Shown piece by piece: positions 32,177-42,492 of a stretch of DNA of 64,000 bases. Source of the stretch: an uncultured delta proteobacterium (GTDB lineage Bacteria > Desulfobacterota > Binatia > UBA9968). Within the stretch, counting starts at the first letter, position 1. Each line of letters opens with the position of its first letter. Made by a program: the position numbers and the translations under genes. Below the pieces are notes generated by a model. It saw only the letters and a program-made list of their open reading frames with translations. It was not told where the DNA came from and ran no database searches. The stretch is taken from NCBI GenBank assembly GCA_963760795.1, contig CAVXEP010000015.1, forward strand, positions 64,001-128,000. Direction: 5' to 3'.

Positions 32177-35100
32177 CTACGAAACTTTATGCGTGGTGGG
32201 GTTGTCGACGCCGAGATTCGCCGTCATGCCAGCCGCTGGCACAACGCTGGATTTGCCGCGCAAGCGCGCCGGCAGGCCGGTTGCGAGCGTCAGGAGTTTC
32301 TCCATGTAAAGATAGACCACCGGAGTGATGTAGAGCGTTAGGATTTGCGAAATGACCAAGCCGCCGACCACCGCGATACCGAGTGGCTGGCGCGCTTCGG
32401 CGCCGGCGCCCCAACCGACCGCAATGGGCACGGCGCCGACGATCGCCGCCATGGTGGTCATCATGATCGGCCGAAAACGCACCAAGGCCCCTTCGTAAAT
32501 CGCCTGGGCCGGCGCTTTACCGTCGTTGCGCTGGGCGTCGAGGGCAAAGTCGATCATCATGATGGCGTTTTTCTTGACGATGCCGATCAACATGATCAAG
32601 CCGACGAAGGCATAAATACTCAGGTCCATATTAAAAAGATAAAGTGCGATCAAAGCGCCGAGACCGGCGGAGGGTAGGCCGGAAAGTATCGTTAGCGGAT
32701 GGATAAAGCTCTCATAGAGAATCCCCAAGACCAAGTAAACGACGAACACCGCGAGCGCTAAGAGAACCCATAAGCTCTTGAGGGACGATTGAAATTCCTG
32801 AGCCGTGCCTTGAAAAGTGGTGCTGATCGTACCCGGCAGATTTTCACGCGCAAGCTTGTTGATGGTCGCCACTCCGTCTCCCAAGGCGACCCCCTCGCGC
32901 AAGTTAAAAGAGATAGTCACCGAAGGGAGCTGGCCGGAGTGATTAACCGTAAGCGGTCCCACAGTATACTTGAGGGTAGCCAGAGAACCTAAAGGAACCA
33001 TCGGTTGCGCCGTCGCGGCTTGGCCGGTTGTCGAGCGTATATAGAGCATCGATAGCGCCGATGGGTCGTTTTGAAATTTCGGATCCAGCTCCAAAATCAC
33101 CTGGTATTGGTTGTTGGGCGTATTGATCGTCGAGACTTGCCGCGTCGCATAAGCGTTCCAGAAAGCCTCTTCGACCTGCCTTGGTGAAATTCCTTGCGCC
33201 GTAATCCCCATGGTCGCCATTTTGTCGCGGTCAATCACGACCTGCAACTGCGGATTCTTCAGCTGTAAATCGCTGCCGACATCTTGAAAATCCGGCAACG
33301 CTTTGATTTTTTCTTCGAATAACGCGGCGTTGCGGTAAAGTTCCGCTGCGTCCGGACTCTGCAGGGTAAACTGGTAAAGACTGCGGCTGAGTCGTCCGCC
33401 GACACGGATCACCGGCGGGTTCTGCAATGAAACGCGAATTCCCGGCACACGCGCCAGCTTGGGTCGCAATTCTCGAATCAGCTGATCGGCATTGAGTGGC
33501 TGGCAGGATTTACCCCATGCCCTCTCGGAGCAGACCACCGGCCGCTCTGAGCGCGCCTTGAGTTTCATAAAAATACGGCCGGTATTGCCGGTGAGTCCCA
33601 CACCGCCAACGCCGACGCTGGAGAAAAATGACTCGACATTGGGATCCTTGGCGACGATGGCGGCCAGCTGCTGCTGGTACCCGACCATTTGTTCATAGGA
33701 AACGCCTTGCGCCGCCTCGGTGTTGATCAGCAGTTGACCGGTATCTTCGCTCGGAATAAATCCCTTGGGCACCAAGCCAAACATATAGACGGTCGCAACC
33801 AATACCAGCAGCGAGACCACCATAGTCGTGACGTGGTGGCGCATCACCCAGCCGAGTGAACTTCCATAGCCATTATTCATCAGGTCCAAGCCGCGGCCGA
33901 GCAGATGATACAACCAACCATGCTTCTGATTATGCGCAGGACGGAGGTAACGGCTGGCGAGCATGGGAGTTAAACTTAACGAGATGAACCCCGAAACCAG
34001 AATCGCGACGCAGATAGTGACGGAAAATTCCCGCAGGATTCGTCCGAGCATGCCGCTCATAAACAGCACCGGGATGAAAACGCTCACCAGCGATATCGTC
34101 ATCGTGACGATCGTAAAGCCGATTTCCTGGGCGCCTTTGACCGCAGCTTCGTAGGGTGGCTCTCCCAACTCCATATGGCGGACGATGTTTTCGAGAACGA
34201 CGATGGCGTCGTCCACGACGAAACCAACGGCCAGGGTCAGCGCCATCAGCGACAGGTTGTCCAGGCTGTAATCGAGCAGATACATTACGGCAAACGTGCC
34301 GATGATCGACATCGGCAGGGCCAAGCTGGGAATAATCGTGGCGGACACGTTGCGTAGAAACAAGAAGATGACGAGGATGACCAGAAAGATCGTGCCGATC
34401 ATTGTCAATTGCACGTCGTGCACCGATTCGCGAATCGAAACGGTGCGGTCAAAAAAGACCTCCAATTTGATCGACTGCGGAATTTGCGCGCGCAAAGCCG
34501 GGAGAATATCCTTGACGGCATCGACGACTTCGACAACGTTGGCGCCCGGTTGCCGCTGTATTCCGAGGATGACGGCCCTTTTATCGTTGAACCAGCTGCC
34601 GACTCTGCTGTTCTCCACGCTATCGATCGCCGTGCCGACGTCTTGAATGCGCACCGCCGCGCCGTTGCGATAGGTGACGACCATCGGCCGATAAGCTTGC
34701 GCATTCGTCAGCTGCGCGTCTGAAACTAAGGTGTAGGCACGGGTGGGGGCATTCAACGTTCCCACCGGCAGGTCGACGTTACCGCGCAGCACGGCGGCGA
34801 CCACATCGTCGATGCCAACCTGGCGGGCGGCCAGCTGATTGGGATCGAGCTGGATCCGCACCGCGTATTTTTGCGAGCCGATGACATCGACCTGGGCAAC
34901 GCCGCTCACCATCGAGATCCGCTGCGCTAAAATCGTCTGGGCAAATTCATCGACGGTCGACAAAGGCAGTGTCGGCGAGGTCAACGCCAATAGCAAAATG
35001 GAATTGTTCGCCGGATTGACCTTCCGGTAAGATGGCGGAGTCGGCATATTGGGCGGCAGGTCGCGCGCCGAACGGGCGATCATCGCCTGCACGTCTTGAG

Positions 35101-35413
35101 CCGCGGCATCGACGTTGCGGCTCAAACTAAACTGCAGAGTTATTTGCGTCCGGCCCAAACTGCTGGTCGAACTCATGGAATCGAGGCCGGCAATGGTCGA
35201 GAAGTTTTTTTCCAGCGGCGTTGCCACCCCCGATGCCATGGTTTCGGCGCTTGCCCCGGGCAGATTGGCGTTGACCGTAATGGTCGGAAAATCCACCGTC
35301 GGAAGATCGCTTACCGGCAGCGACCTGTAACCCAAAGTGCCGAAGATCAGAATGCCAATCATGATCAGCGTGGTGGTTACCGGACGGCGTATGAATATTG
35401 CGGAGATGTTCAT
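32177..35413 (-). CDS. RND efflux permease, MdtB/MdtC-like
   Basis: FIRRPVTTTL, LPVSDLPTVDFPTI, GFVVDDAIVVLENI, GIVKKNAIMMIDF, RFRPIMMTT. Confidence 0.96.
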   Translation of the reverse strand: MNISAIFIRRPVTTTLIMIGILIFGTLGYRSLPVSDLPTVDFPTITVNANLPGASAETMASGVATPLEKNFSTIAGLDSMSSTSSLGRTQITLQFSLSRNVDAAAQDVQAMIARSARDLPPNMPTPPSYRKVNPANNSILLLALTSPTLPLSTVDEFAQTILAQRISMVSGVAQVDVIGSQKYAVRIQLDPNQLAARQVGIDDVVAAVLRGNVDLPVGTLNAPTRAYTLVSDAQLTNAQAYRPMVVTYRNGAAVRIQDVGTAIDSVENSRVGSWFNDKRAVILGIQRQPGANVVEVVDAVKDILPALRAQIPQSIKLEVFFDRTVSIRESVHDVQLTMIGTIFLVILVIFLFLRNVSATIIPSLALPMSIIGTFAVMYLLDYSLDNLSLMALTLAVGFVVDDAIVVLENIVRHMELGEPPYEAAVKGAQEIGFTIVTMTISLVSVFIPVLFMSGMLGRILREFSVTICVAILVSGFISLSLTPMLASRYLRPAHNQKHGWLYHLLGRGLDLMNNGYGSSLGWVMRHHVTTMVVSLLVLVATVYMFGLVPKGFIPSEDTGQLLINTEAAQGVSYEQMVGYQQQLAAIVAKDPNVESFFSSVGVGGVGLTGNTGRIFMKLKARSERPVVCSERAWGKSCQPLNADQLIRELRPKLARVPGIRVSLQNPPVIRVGGRLSRSLYQFTLQSPDAAELYRNAALFEEKIKALPDFQDVGSDLQLKNPQLQVVIDRDKMATMGITAQGISPRQVEEAFWNAYATRQVSTINTPNNQYQVILELDPKFQNDPSALSMLYIRSTTGQAATAQPMVPLGSLATLKYTVGPLTVNHSGQLPSVTISFNLREGVALGDGVATINKLARENLPGTISTTFQGTAQEFQSSLKSLWVLLALAVFVVYLVLGILYESFIHPLTILSGLPSAGLGALIALYLFNMDLSIYAFVGLIMLIGIVKKNAIMMIDFALDAQRNDGKAPAQAIYEGALVRFRPIMMTTMAAIVGAVPIAVGWGAGAEARQPLGIAVVGGLVISQILTLYITPVVYLYMEKLLTLATGLPARLRGKSSVVPAAGMTANLGVDNPTTHKVS

Positions 35414-36699
35414 GATGCTCCTCTTTTTTCTTCCGCCTTAGCTTTGTCTCTCTTGCCTCGGTTGGCGCCACCCTTCTTCGTCTCCGCCGTGGTTTTCTCT
35501 GCCGCGCCGCTCTGGTCCTTGATGTCCACGCGCGATTCCGGGCCCAGCAAAAACTGCCCTTCACGCACGACTTGTTCACCGACGGCCAGGCCTTTAGCGA
35601 TGATCGCTAGACCTTCGCTCGAGCTGCCCATCGTCACCGGTCTAACCTCGACCCGTTTGTCTTCTTTGACCACGAAAACATACTGGCCGTCCTGACCGAC
35701 TTGGACCGCCTCGGCGGGAATGACTACCGCATCCCCTTGCGTCTCCAACGTCAGCGCTACGTTAACGAATTGACCGGGCCAAAGCCGTCTTTCCTGATTC
35801 ATGAACTCGGCCTTCAGCTTAACGGTGCCTGTGGACCGATCAACGGCATTATCGACAAATGCCAATACGCCCTGTTCCGGCCGGCCTTCATCCGATTGGA
35901 ATCTCGCCTCCGCCTTTAATTTACCGCCAGCCATATGCCTTTTGAGATCGGCCAAATTCTGTTCGGGCACAGCGAACGTGACATTGATAGGATTGATTTG
36001 GTTGATGACTACCAGCGGCGCGCCGTCATTGAGCCGAATCAAGTTTCCTTCATTGATCAACAGGCTGCCGATGCGACCAGTGACGGGTGAATAAATGTAG
36101 CAGTAGCTAAGCTGTACTTTGGCGTTATCGACAACGGCTCTGTCCGCATCGACCACCGCTTCCGCGGCATCCGCATTGGCTTTGATTTGATCGTATTGTT
36201 CGCGCGAGACATATTGCTTATCGACTAACTCGCTATAGCGTTTTAGCTGCTCGCGCATGTTCCTTAACTGCGCGCTGTCGCGCGCCAAAGCCGCCTCGGC
36301 CTGTTTGAGCGCTGCTTCGAGCGGGCGTGGATCTACGGTAAAGAGCAATTGTCCGTCTTTGACGTCCTGACCTTCCTTAAAATGAGCTTTCTGAAGCACC
36401 CCGGTGACTTGGCTCTTGATCGAAACGGTGGTGTAAGCTTCGACATTGCCAACGGCGCGAAGTTGAATCGGCACTGATTTTTGCATCGCCGTCGCGACCA
36501 GCACCGGCACTCCTTCGCGGCCTGGGCCTCGACCACCACCGCCAGCGCTCCGGCCTTGCCCCTGGCCGGCGCCACCTTGGGGTTTTGCCGTCGCGTCGTC
36601 TTGGGGTTTCTTATTGAGCGACCAGGATTGATACTGTTGGAAGCCGGCAAAGCCGCCGACTACGATAAGCAATGCTAGGATCCAAAGAGTGCGTTTCAT
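35410..36699 (-). CDS. RND efflux periplasmic adaptor, MdtA-like
   Basis: FKEGQDVK.GQLLF.VDPRP, IYSPVTGRIG, DNAVDRSTGTVKLKA, LWPGQF. Confidence 0.93.
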   Translation of the reverse strand: MKRTLWILALLIVVGGFAGFQQYQSWSLNKKPQDDATAKPQGGAGQGQGRSAGGGGRGPGREGVPVLVATAMQKSVPIQLRAVGNVEAYTTVSIKSQVTGVLQKAHFKEGQDVKDGQLLFTVDPRPLEAALKQAEAALARDSAQLRNMREQLKRYSELVDKQYVSREQYDQIKANADAAEAVVDADRAVVDNAKVQLSYCYIYSPVTGRIGSLLINEGNLIRLNDGAPLVVINQINPINVTFAVPEQNLADLKRHMAGGKLKAEARFQSDEGRPEQGVLAFVDNAVDRSTGTVKLKAEFMNQERRLWPGQFVNVALTLETQGDAVVIPAEAVQVGQDGQYVFVVKEDKRVEVRPVTMGSSSEGLAIIAKGLAVGEQVVREGQFLLGPESRVDIKDQSGAAEKTTAETKKGGANRGKRDKAKAEEKRGAS

Positions 36700-36733
36700 A
36701 GGGTTACTAGTATACCCCTTTCTGACGTTGGAC

Positions 36734-38155
36734 CTATTTGATCGAGTTCTGTTTCAAGACGCCGACCCGGGTATCGCCCATGGCGCGCGCCAGCTGCGCG
36801 TCGGCAATCTTGTACTCATAAATGGTGCGTACATACGTGGTTTGCGCGTCCGTGTAAAGGGTCTCGGCATCGGTTACTTCGATAATCGACCCGACCCCAA
36901 CCTGGTAGCGGCCTTGAGCGAGATCGAGGTTCTCCTTGGACGCCCTGGCCGCCGACTCCGTGGCTCTGATGCGCTCCTGGGTTTCCACCACTCTGAGGTA
37001 GCTCTGCTCCACCTCCAAGGCGATCAGCTGCCGTCGGTCCTCTTCCTGGGCTTTTACGTTGTAATAATTGTGGAGCGTCTCTTCGACCCTTTGCGTAGTG
37101 CGAAAACCGTCGAAGATCGGGATGTTAAGGCTTAACTGAACGAACCAAGCGGGCTGCAACGGAAAGGTGTTGAGATGACGGTGTGGACCACCGGTAGGCC
37201 CTTCCACTTCATTGCTTATATGTCGTCTTCCGTAACTGGAGTCAAAAATTAGATCAGGCAGATGGCCACGCCGGGCTGCGGCGATCAATTGGTCAGATGC
37301 CTTGCGTTGCGCCTCGAAGCTTTTTAATTCGGTGCGCGTATCGAATGCGACATTTCGAGCACCCGCTAGATTTATGGAAAACTCCACTTCGGGAGAATCT
37401 TCGGCCACCGGCTGTTCTGGCAAGCGTGGCGATCCCATCGCGTTGCGCAGAGTGACCCAAGCGACTTTAACCGCATTTTCGGTGGCGATGAGGTCGGCTT
37501 GCGCCGTGTAAAGGTTGGCTTCCGCCCGCGCGACATCGATCTTGGCCCGCGTACCCACCTCAAAGAAGCCTGTGGCCTGGCGCACCAGCAGCTCTCGGCT
37601 CCGCACGGTTTCCTGGCGCACCTTGACGAGCGCTTGTGCCCCCAAGTAAACATAATAAGCCTGCTTGACCGAAAGAACGATATCCTGAGTCGTCGTCGCG
37701 TAGTCCTGTTGCACCGCGCCCAAGGTTTCGCGCGATGCTTGCACGTTGGCCTCGCGCTTGCCGAAATTGTAAAGCGTCATGTTGAAGTTCGCTACGCTGG
37801 TGATCGTGTCGGACGCCGACGCGCCGGGAACCGCTGTACCGGTATAAGCAGCTCTGTATAGGTTAGCGAAGGTAACCGTCGGGTAATAAGCGGCCATTTG
37901 TTGGCCGACAACCGCCTGCTGGGACAAGATACGTTCATTGGCCGATTTGATCCTCGGATGGTTATCCAAACCGATCCGCACCGCGTCTTCGATGGTCAGC
38001 AGTTTTCCAGTTGGTGATAGTGCAGCTTGCGCTCCTGGTACCGCCTGAACCTGTAGCTGAATCTCGGCCGCTTGGGCAACCGCTGCGAGCCCTGCCGACT
38101 GCGTCAATGCAAAAGCAATCAGCCATGTTGTAAGATTTTTGGTACGCCCGGTCAT
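36734..38155 (-). CDS. TolC family outer membrane efflux protein
   Basis: Signal peptide; YYPTV, VKQAYY, IPIFDGF, RYQVGVGSIIEVTDAE. Confidence 0.92.
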   Translation of the reverse strand: MTGRTKNLTTWLIAFALTQSAGLAAVAQAAEIQLQVQAVPGAQAALSPTGKLLTIEDAVRIGLDNHPRIKSANERILSQQAVVGQQMAAYYPTVTFANLYRAAYTGTAVPGASASDTITSVANFNMTLYNFGKREANVQASRETLGAVQQDYATTTQDIVLSVKQAYYVYLGAQALVKVRQETVRSRELLVRQATGFFEVGTRAKIDVARAEANLYTAQADLIATENAVKVAWVTLRNAMGSPRLPEQPVAEDSPEVEFSINLAGARNVAFDTRTELKSFEAQRKASDQLIAAARRGHLPDLIFDSSYGRRHISNEVEGPTGGPHRHLNTFPLQPAWFVQLSLNIPIFDGFRTTQRVEETLHNYYNVKAQEEDRRQLIALEVEQSYLRVVETQERIRATESAARASKENLDLAQGRYQVGVGSIIEVTDAETLYTDAQTTYVRTIYEYKIADAQLARAMGDTRVGVLKQNSIK

Positions 38156-38275
38156 ACTTTTCCCCCTTACTTAAGCGCGCTAAATTCTATCGGTTTTACC
38201 GTTCTTATGCAAAATCAAATCAAAGTGCTAGAGCCCCGTCCACGAGCCATAGAGACACCCTACGCCGAACCCAAT

Positions 38276-39046
38276 TTAGGGCAGGATAGCGAAGATTCGC
38301 AGCGGCGCGCCGCTGCCGCCTTTGATTTTCATGGGAATGGCGTAAATCGTCGCGTTTTTTGCCGGCAGGCGGTCCAGGTTAGCGACGTTTTCCAAGATCG
38401 ACAGATTCGCCGCGCCAAGTATCTGATGCGTGGGGAATTCCTGCGACGGTCCGTGATCGATGCTCGGGGTATCGATACCGACGGCTTTGATACGCCTCTG
38501 TTTGACCAGGAATTCGGCTGCCTCTTTAGAAAGCCCGGGGAAATGGAGATTGTCGGTGTCGCCCGGGGTGTCGGTACCGAAGTAGCGTTTGCGGTCGCCC
38601 CAGAATTTGCCCCAACCCGAACGAATCAACAAGATCGCGCCGATGGGAATGCGCCCATGAGCTTTTTCCCAAGCGCCAATGTCGCTCAGCTGCAATTTGT
38701 AATCGGCATCTTTCCCAACCTGTCGGCTCACATCGATGACGACTCCAGGTCCAATGAGTTGCGACAGTGGAATCTGCTCGGCGGTCCTTTTGCCCTCGGC
38801 GAAATGAAACGGCGCGTCCAAGTGCGTACCGACATGCTCCGAGCCGCCGTAGTTATAGGACGAATACCAGAAGCCGCCCGGGGTTTTGCCTTCCGCGACT
38901 TTTTCGAGGTGAAAGGGTTTCGCCGTCGGCCAATGATGAGTTTCAGCACTGAACTCGTAGGTCAGATCGACCAGTTTTTTCTCATCGAGCGCGTGCGCCG
39001 GGTATGCCATCATCAGCGCGAACGTCATCGCGATTAGCTTAGTCAT
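38276..39046 (-). CDS. Cyclase family (kynurenine formamidase-like) metal hydrolase, secreted
   Basis: EHVGTHLDAPFHF, GIDTPSID, ENVANL, GGSGAPLR; signal peptide ending AHA. Confidence 0.9.
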   Translation of the reverse strand: MTKLIAMTFALMMAYPAHALDEKKLVDLTYEFSAETHHWPTAKPFHLEKVAEGKTPGGFWYSSYNYGGSEHVGTHLDAPFHFAEGKRTAEQIPLSQLIGPGVVIDVSRQVGKDADYKLQLSDIGAWEKAHGRIPIGAILLIRSGWGKFWGDRKRYFGTDTPGDTDNLHFPGLSKEAAEFLVKQRRIKAVGIDTPSIDHGPSQEFPTHQILGAANLSILENVANLDRLPAKNATIYAIPMKIKGGSGAPLRIFAILP

Positions 39047-39124
39047 GACAGAACCTCCCAAAGTTTGATAAGTCTGGCGCGAGGAACTGCTTAGAGATGA
39101 GCCGTTGAAAATTTGGCCAAGCAA

Positions 39125-39585
39125 TTAGCGACTGCCACGCAGACTGTCCAACTGACGGCGCGCTTCGGCAAAACCAGGATTGATCTTGAGCGCGGCACTG
39201 CGAATTCCTGTTCCGCTTCACCGCGCCGGCCGGCATCGACAAACGCGCGCCCAAGCTCGTAATGCGCCACGTCGTCATCGGGACACAGCTGTAATCCCTG
39301 CTGATATAGCGAAATCTGTTCGTCGCGGTTTGTCGACAGCTGGGCCTTTTCGAAGTAGTCGCGGAAGGCGCGGTTGCATTGATCTGAAATCTGCTTCCCC
39401 TGCCTCATGGCTTCGAGTTCTGCCCGTTGCCTGGCCATCTCCGCGTTCTGCTCCTTAATCTGTTCCTGTTGCTTCTTTAGGTCTTCCTCCAGATAACGGG
39501 TGAGACAGGAGGACAATGGCGCGATACTCAATAGTAACAAGACGACACAAGCCAGCGTGGATTTGTTTCGCGGCAACCTTTTCAT
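39125..39585 (-). CDS. TPR lipoprotein with coiled coil (frameshift near 39200)
   Basis: LSSC lipobox; PDDDVAHYELGRA; C-terminus ALKINPGFAEARRQL in the shifted frame. Confidence 0.75.
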
Positions 39586-39629
39586 GATCTGCTCCAATTT
39601 GCCTGAATAACTCGCAAGTCGAGAGACTC

Positions 39630-41974
39630 TTACGATTGGCTTTCTGCTAGCGCAAGAAAAATCTTTTCCGCCTTGATCGGCAGATCCTTGATGCGCACAC
39701 CGACGGCGTCGTAAATCGCGTTGGCGATGGCGGGAGCGACCGGGATCAGCGCGCTTTCACCGATGCCCTTGGCGCCAAAGGGGCCGTTGCGGTCCGGCAC
39801 TTCGACGGCGATCGAATCGATCACCGCCGGCATGTCGCCCAGCGAGGGCAGGACATAATCGACTAAATTGGGATTGATCAACTGGCCGTTGTCGTAGGCG
39901 ATCTCTTCGAACATCGCCTGGCCCATGCCGGTAATCGCCGCGCCGGCCAACTGCTGTTGACAGCCGAGCGGATTGAGCGCCTTGCCGACATCGACGGCGC
40001 TGGCGTATTTCAATAATTTGAATTTGCCGGTGTCAATGTCGACTTCCACTTCGGCGGCGCCGGCGGCGAGAAACCAAAACGCCGAGGTGCTCTTTTCGCC
40101 GAACTCGTCTTTAGTCGAAGTCTTCACCTGCCCTTCGCCGACCAAGGTGCCGCCCTGCATGCCAAAGCGCTTGAACATCACCTCGGCATAATCGAGCTGC
40201 GCTTCCGGCAGACGAATCTTGCCGTCGGCGAAATCGATTTTGTCTTCCGGCACGTCGTATTCCTTGACAACGATCTGCTTGAGTTGGCGCTTGATATCCT
40301 GGGCGGCCAGCTGCACCGCTTTGCCCATGTGAAAGGTCGAACGGCTCGACGAAGTGGTCAAATCGTACGGCACCACGTCGGTGTCGACGCCGAGCACTTG
40401 AATGGTCGGCATCGGAATACCCAACTCCTTGCCGGCAATCTGCGCCAGCACGGTCTCCGATCCCTGCCCCATCTCCACGGTCCCGCTATATATAGATAGG
40501 CTCGCGTCTTCGTTCAGTTTCACCACCGCGCAGGAAATCGACGGCGTAATCGTCGCCTTGATCATGCAGGCCAACCCTTTGCCGCGACGCAAGTCCCTCC
40601 GGTTGAACCCTTCGACGGACTCAGGGCAGGCTCTTGAACCGTTGAACCCTTGAACTTATTCGAATCCCACCCGATCGACTTCGCCACTTCGTCAATACAC
40701 TCTTTCAATCCCACCGCTCGCAGCGTCTCTTCGGTAACGAACTTATCGCCCTCGTTGTAGCCGTTGTGCTTGCGCAGCTCCACCGGGTCCATCTTAAGCG
40801 CCGCGGCGATGATGTCCATCTGCGACTCCACCGCCCACGCCGACTGCGATACGCCGAAGCCGCGGAACGCGCCGGCCGGCGGCTTGTTGGTGTAGACCGA
40901 ATAGGAATCGATTTTTAAGTTGGCAATCTTATACGGTCCCGCCGCCGTGTAGCCGGATTTTTTCGCCACCCGCGGGCCGATCTCGGCATAGGCGCCGGTG
41001 TCGAGATGAATCTCGCACTCGCGCGCGATCAGCGTGCCGTCGTTTTTAACGCCGGTCTTCATGCGGATCACCGCCGCATGCTTGGTGATGGTGTAAAAAA
41101 CTTCTTCGCGGGAAAGCACCAAGCGCACCGGCCGGCCGGCTTTCTGCGACAACGCCACGGTGATCGGTTCGACCTTAGGATAGACTTTGCCGCCGTAGCC
41201 GCCGCCGAGGTAAGGCACGATCACGCGCACCTTTGCCACCGGAACTTTGAAAATATTCGCCAGCTGGGTGCGCACCACGAACGGATTCTGCGTCGTCGCC
41301 CAGACGGTGATGCGTCCGCCGGGCTCGACGGACGCGATGCAGGCGTGGGTCTCAAGAAAACAATGCTGCGTCGCCGGCAGCGTGAAGGTATCTTCGAAAA
41401 CATGATCCGCTTCGGCGAAACCTTTGTCGATGTCGCCGCGATTGAGGCGGAAGTGGGTGCAAAGGTTAGTGCCGTCGATGGGCTTCAAGTCGGCGAGATC
41501 GGCAAAACCGGAAGCCGGCAGCTTGACCGAGTCGTGAACCAGCATCGCGCCGGGCTTGAGCGCGTCGTCAATGTTGAGCACCGCCGGCAGCTCTTCATAA
41601 TCGACTTCGATCAGCTTGAGCGCCGCTTCGGCGGCATCGATGGTCAATGCCGCCACCGCCGCCACCGGATCGCCGACATGGCGTACCTTCTCCGTCGCGA
41701 CGATGGTCTGATCCTTGAACACCGGCCCGTAAAACGGCTCGATGCCTTGGTCGTGCAAAATGTCATCGCGCGTCAGCACCGCCATGACGCCGGGAACTTT
41801 CTCAGCCTTGGTGGCGTCGATACGTGTAATCCGCGCATGCGGGTAAGGGCTGCGCAAAATCTTGCCATGCAACATCCCCGGCACGCTCATGTCCGCCAGA
41901 TACTGCGCCCGTCCGGTCACTTTGGTTTCGTAATCCAGCCGGCGATAGGATTTGCCGATTTCAGTGGATTCCAT
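39630..41974 (-). CDS. Xanthine dehydrogenase family molybdopterin-binding subunit, split by a frameshift at a repeat insertion near 40600
   Basis: KVTGRAQY, LRSPYPHA, TQNP, GGGYGGK, AFRGFG (N-half); EMGQG, SSRST, DVGKALNP, GAKGIGE (C-half). Confidence 0.9.
40601..40655 (-). repeat. Octamer GTTCAANN array with nested 23-nt CCTGAG-N3-GTCGAAG element, inside the Mo-subunit gene
   Basis: Minus strand: GTTCAAGG GTTCAACG GTTCAAG[AGCCTGCCCTGAGTCCGTCGAAG]G GTTCAACC. Confidence 0.8.
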
Positions 41975-42018
41975 TTTTGTTCTCTACAACCTTGATACTC
42001 GTGTCCTAAATTCCGTCC

Positions 42019-42483
42019 TTACGCCTCACCCCTAACGTTCTTCACCGCCTGCATAATCTCCTGATAGCAACCGCAGCGGCAGAAGTTGCCCGCCAGATAA
42101 TCGCGAATCTCCTGATCGGATGGCTGCGGACACTCATCGAGCAGCGCTTTGGCGGTTAAAATAAAGCCGGACGTACAGTAACCGCACTGCAGCGCGCCAA
42201 ACTCCATGAACGCTTCTTGAAGCGGATGGAGTTTGTCCTTGCTACTCAAACCTTCGATGGTCTCGATCGCGCAACCGTCCACGTCGACAGCTAACATCGA
42301 ACAAGCGCTCACCGGCTTGCCATCGACCAACAACGTGCACGCACCGCAAACTTGGATATCGCAGCCCAACTTCGCGCCGGTGAGCCCAAACTGCTCCCGC
42401 ACTAAGTCCAGCAGCGTCGTGCGCGCTTCGACTTCCACGCTACGCTCGCTGCCGTTAACTTTGAGTGAAATAGTTTTTTTCAT
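42019..42483 (-). CDS. (2Fe-2S)-binding subunit, CoxS/XdhC-like
   Basis: GCDIQVCGAC...C; QCGYC...CRCG. Confidence 0.95.
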   Translation of the reverse strand: MKKTISLKVNGSERSVEVEARTTLLDLVREQFGLTGAKLGCDIQVCGACTLLVDGKPVSACSMLAVDVDGCAIETIEGLSSKDKLHPLQEAFMEFGALQCGYCTSGFILTAKALLDECPQPSDQEIRDYLAGNFCRCGCYQEIMQAVKNVRGEA

Positions 42484-42492
42484 GATTTCGAA

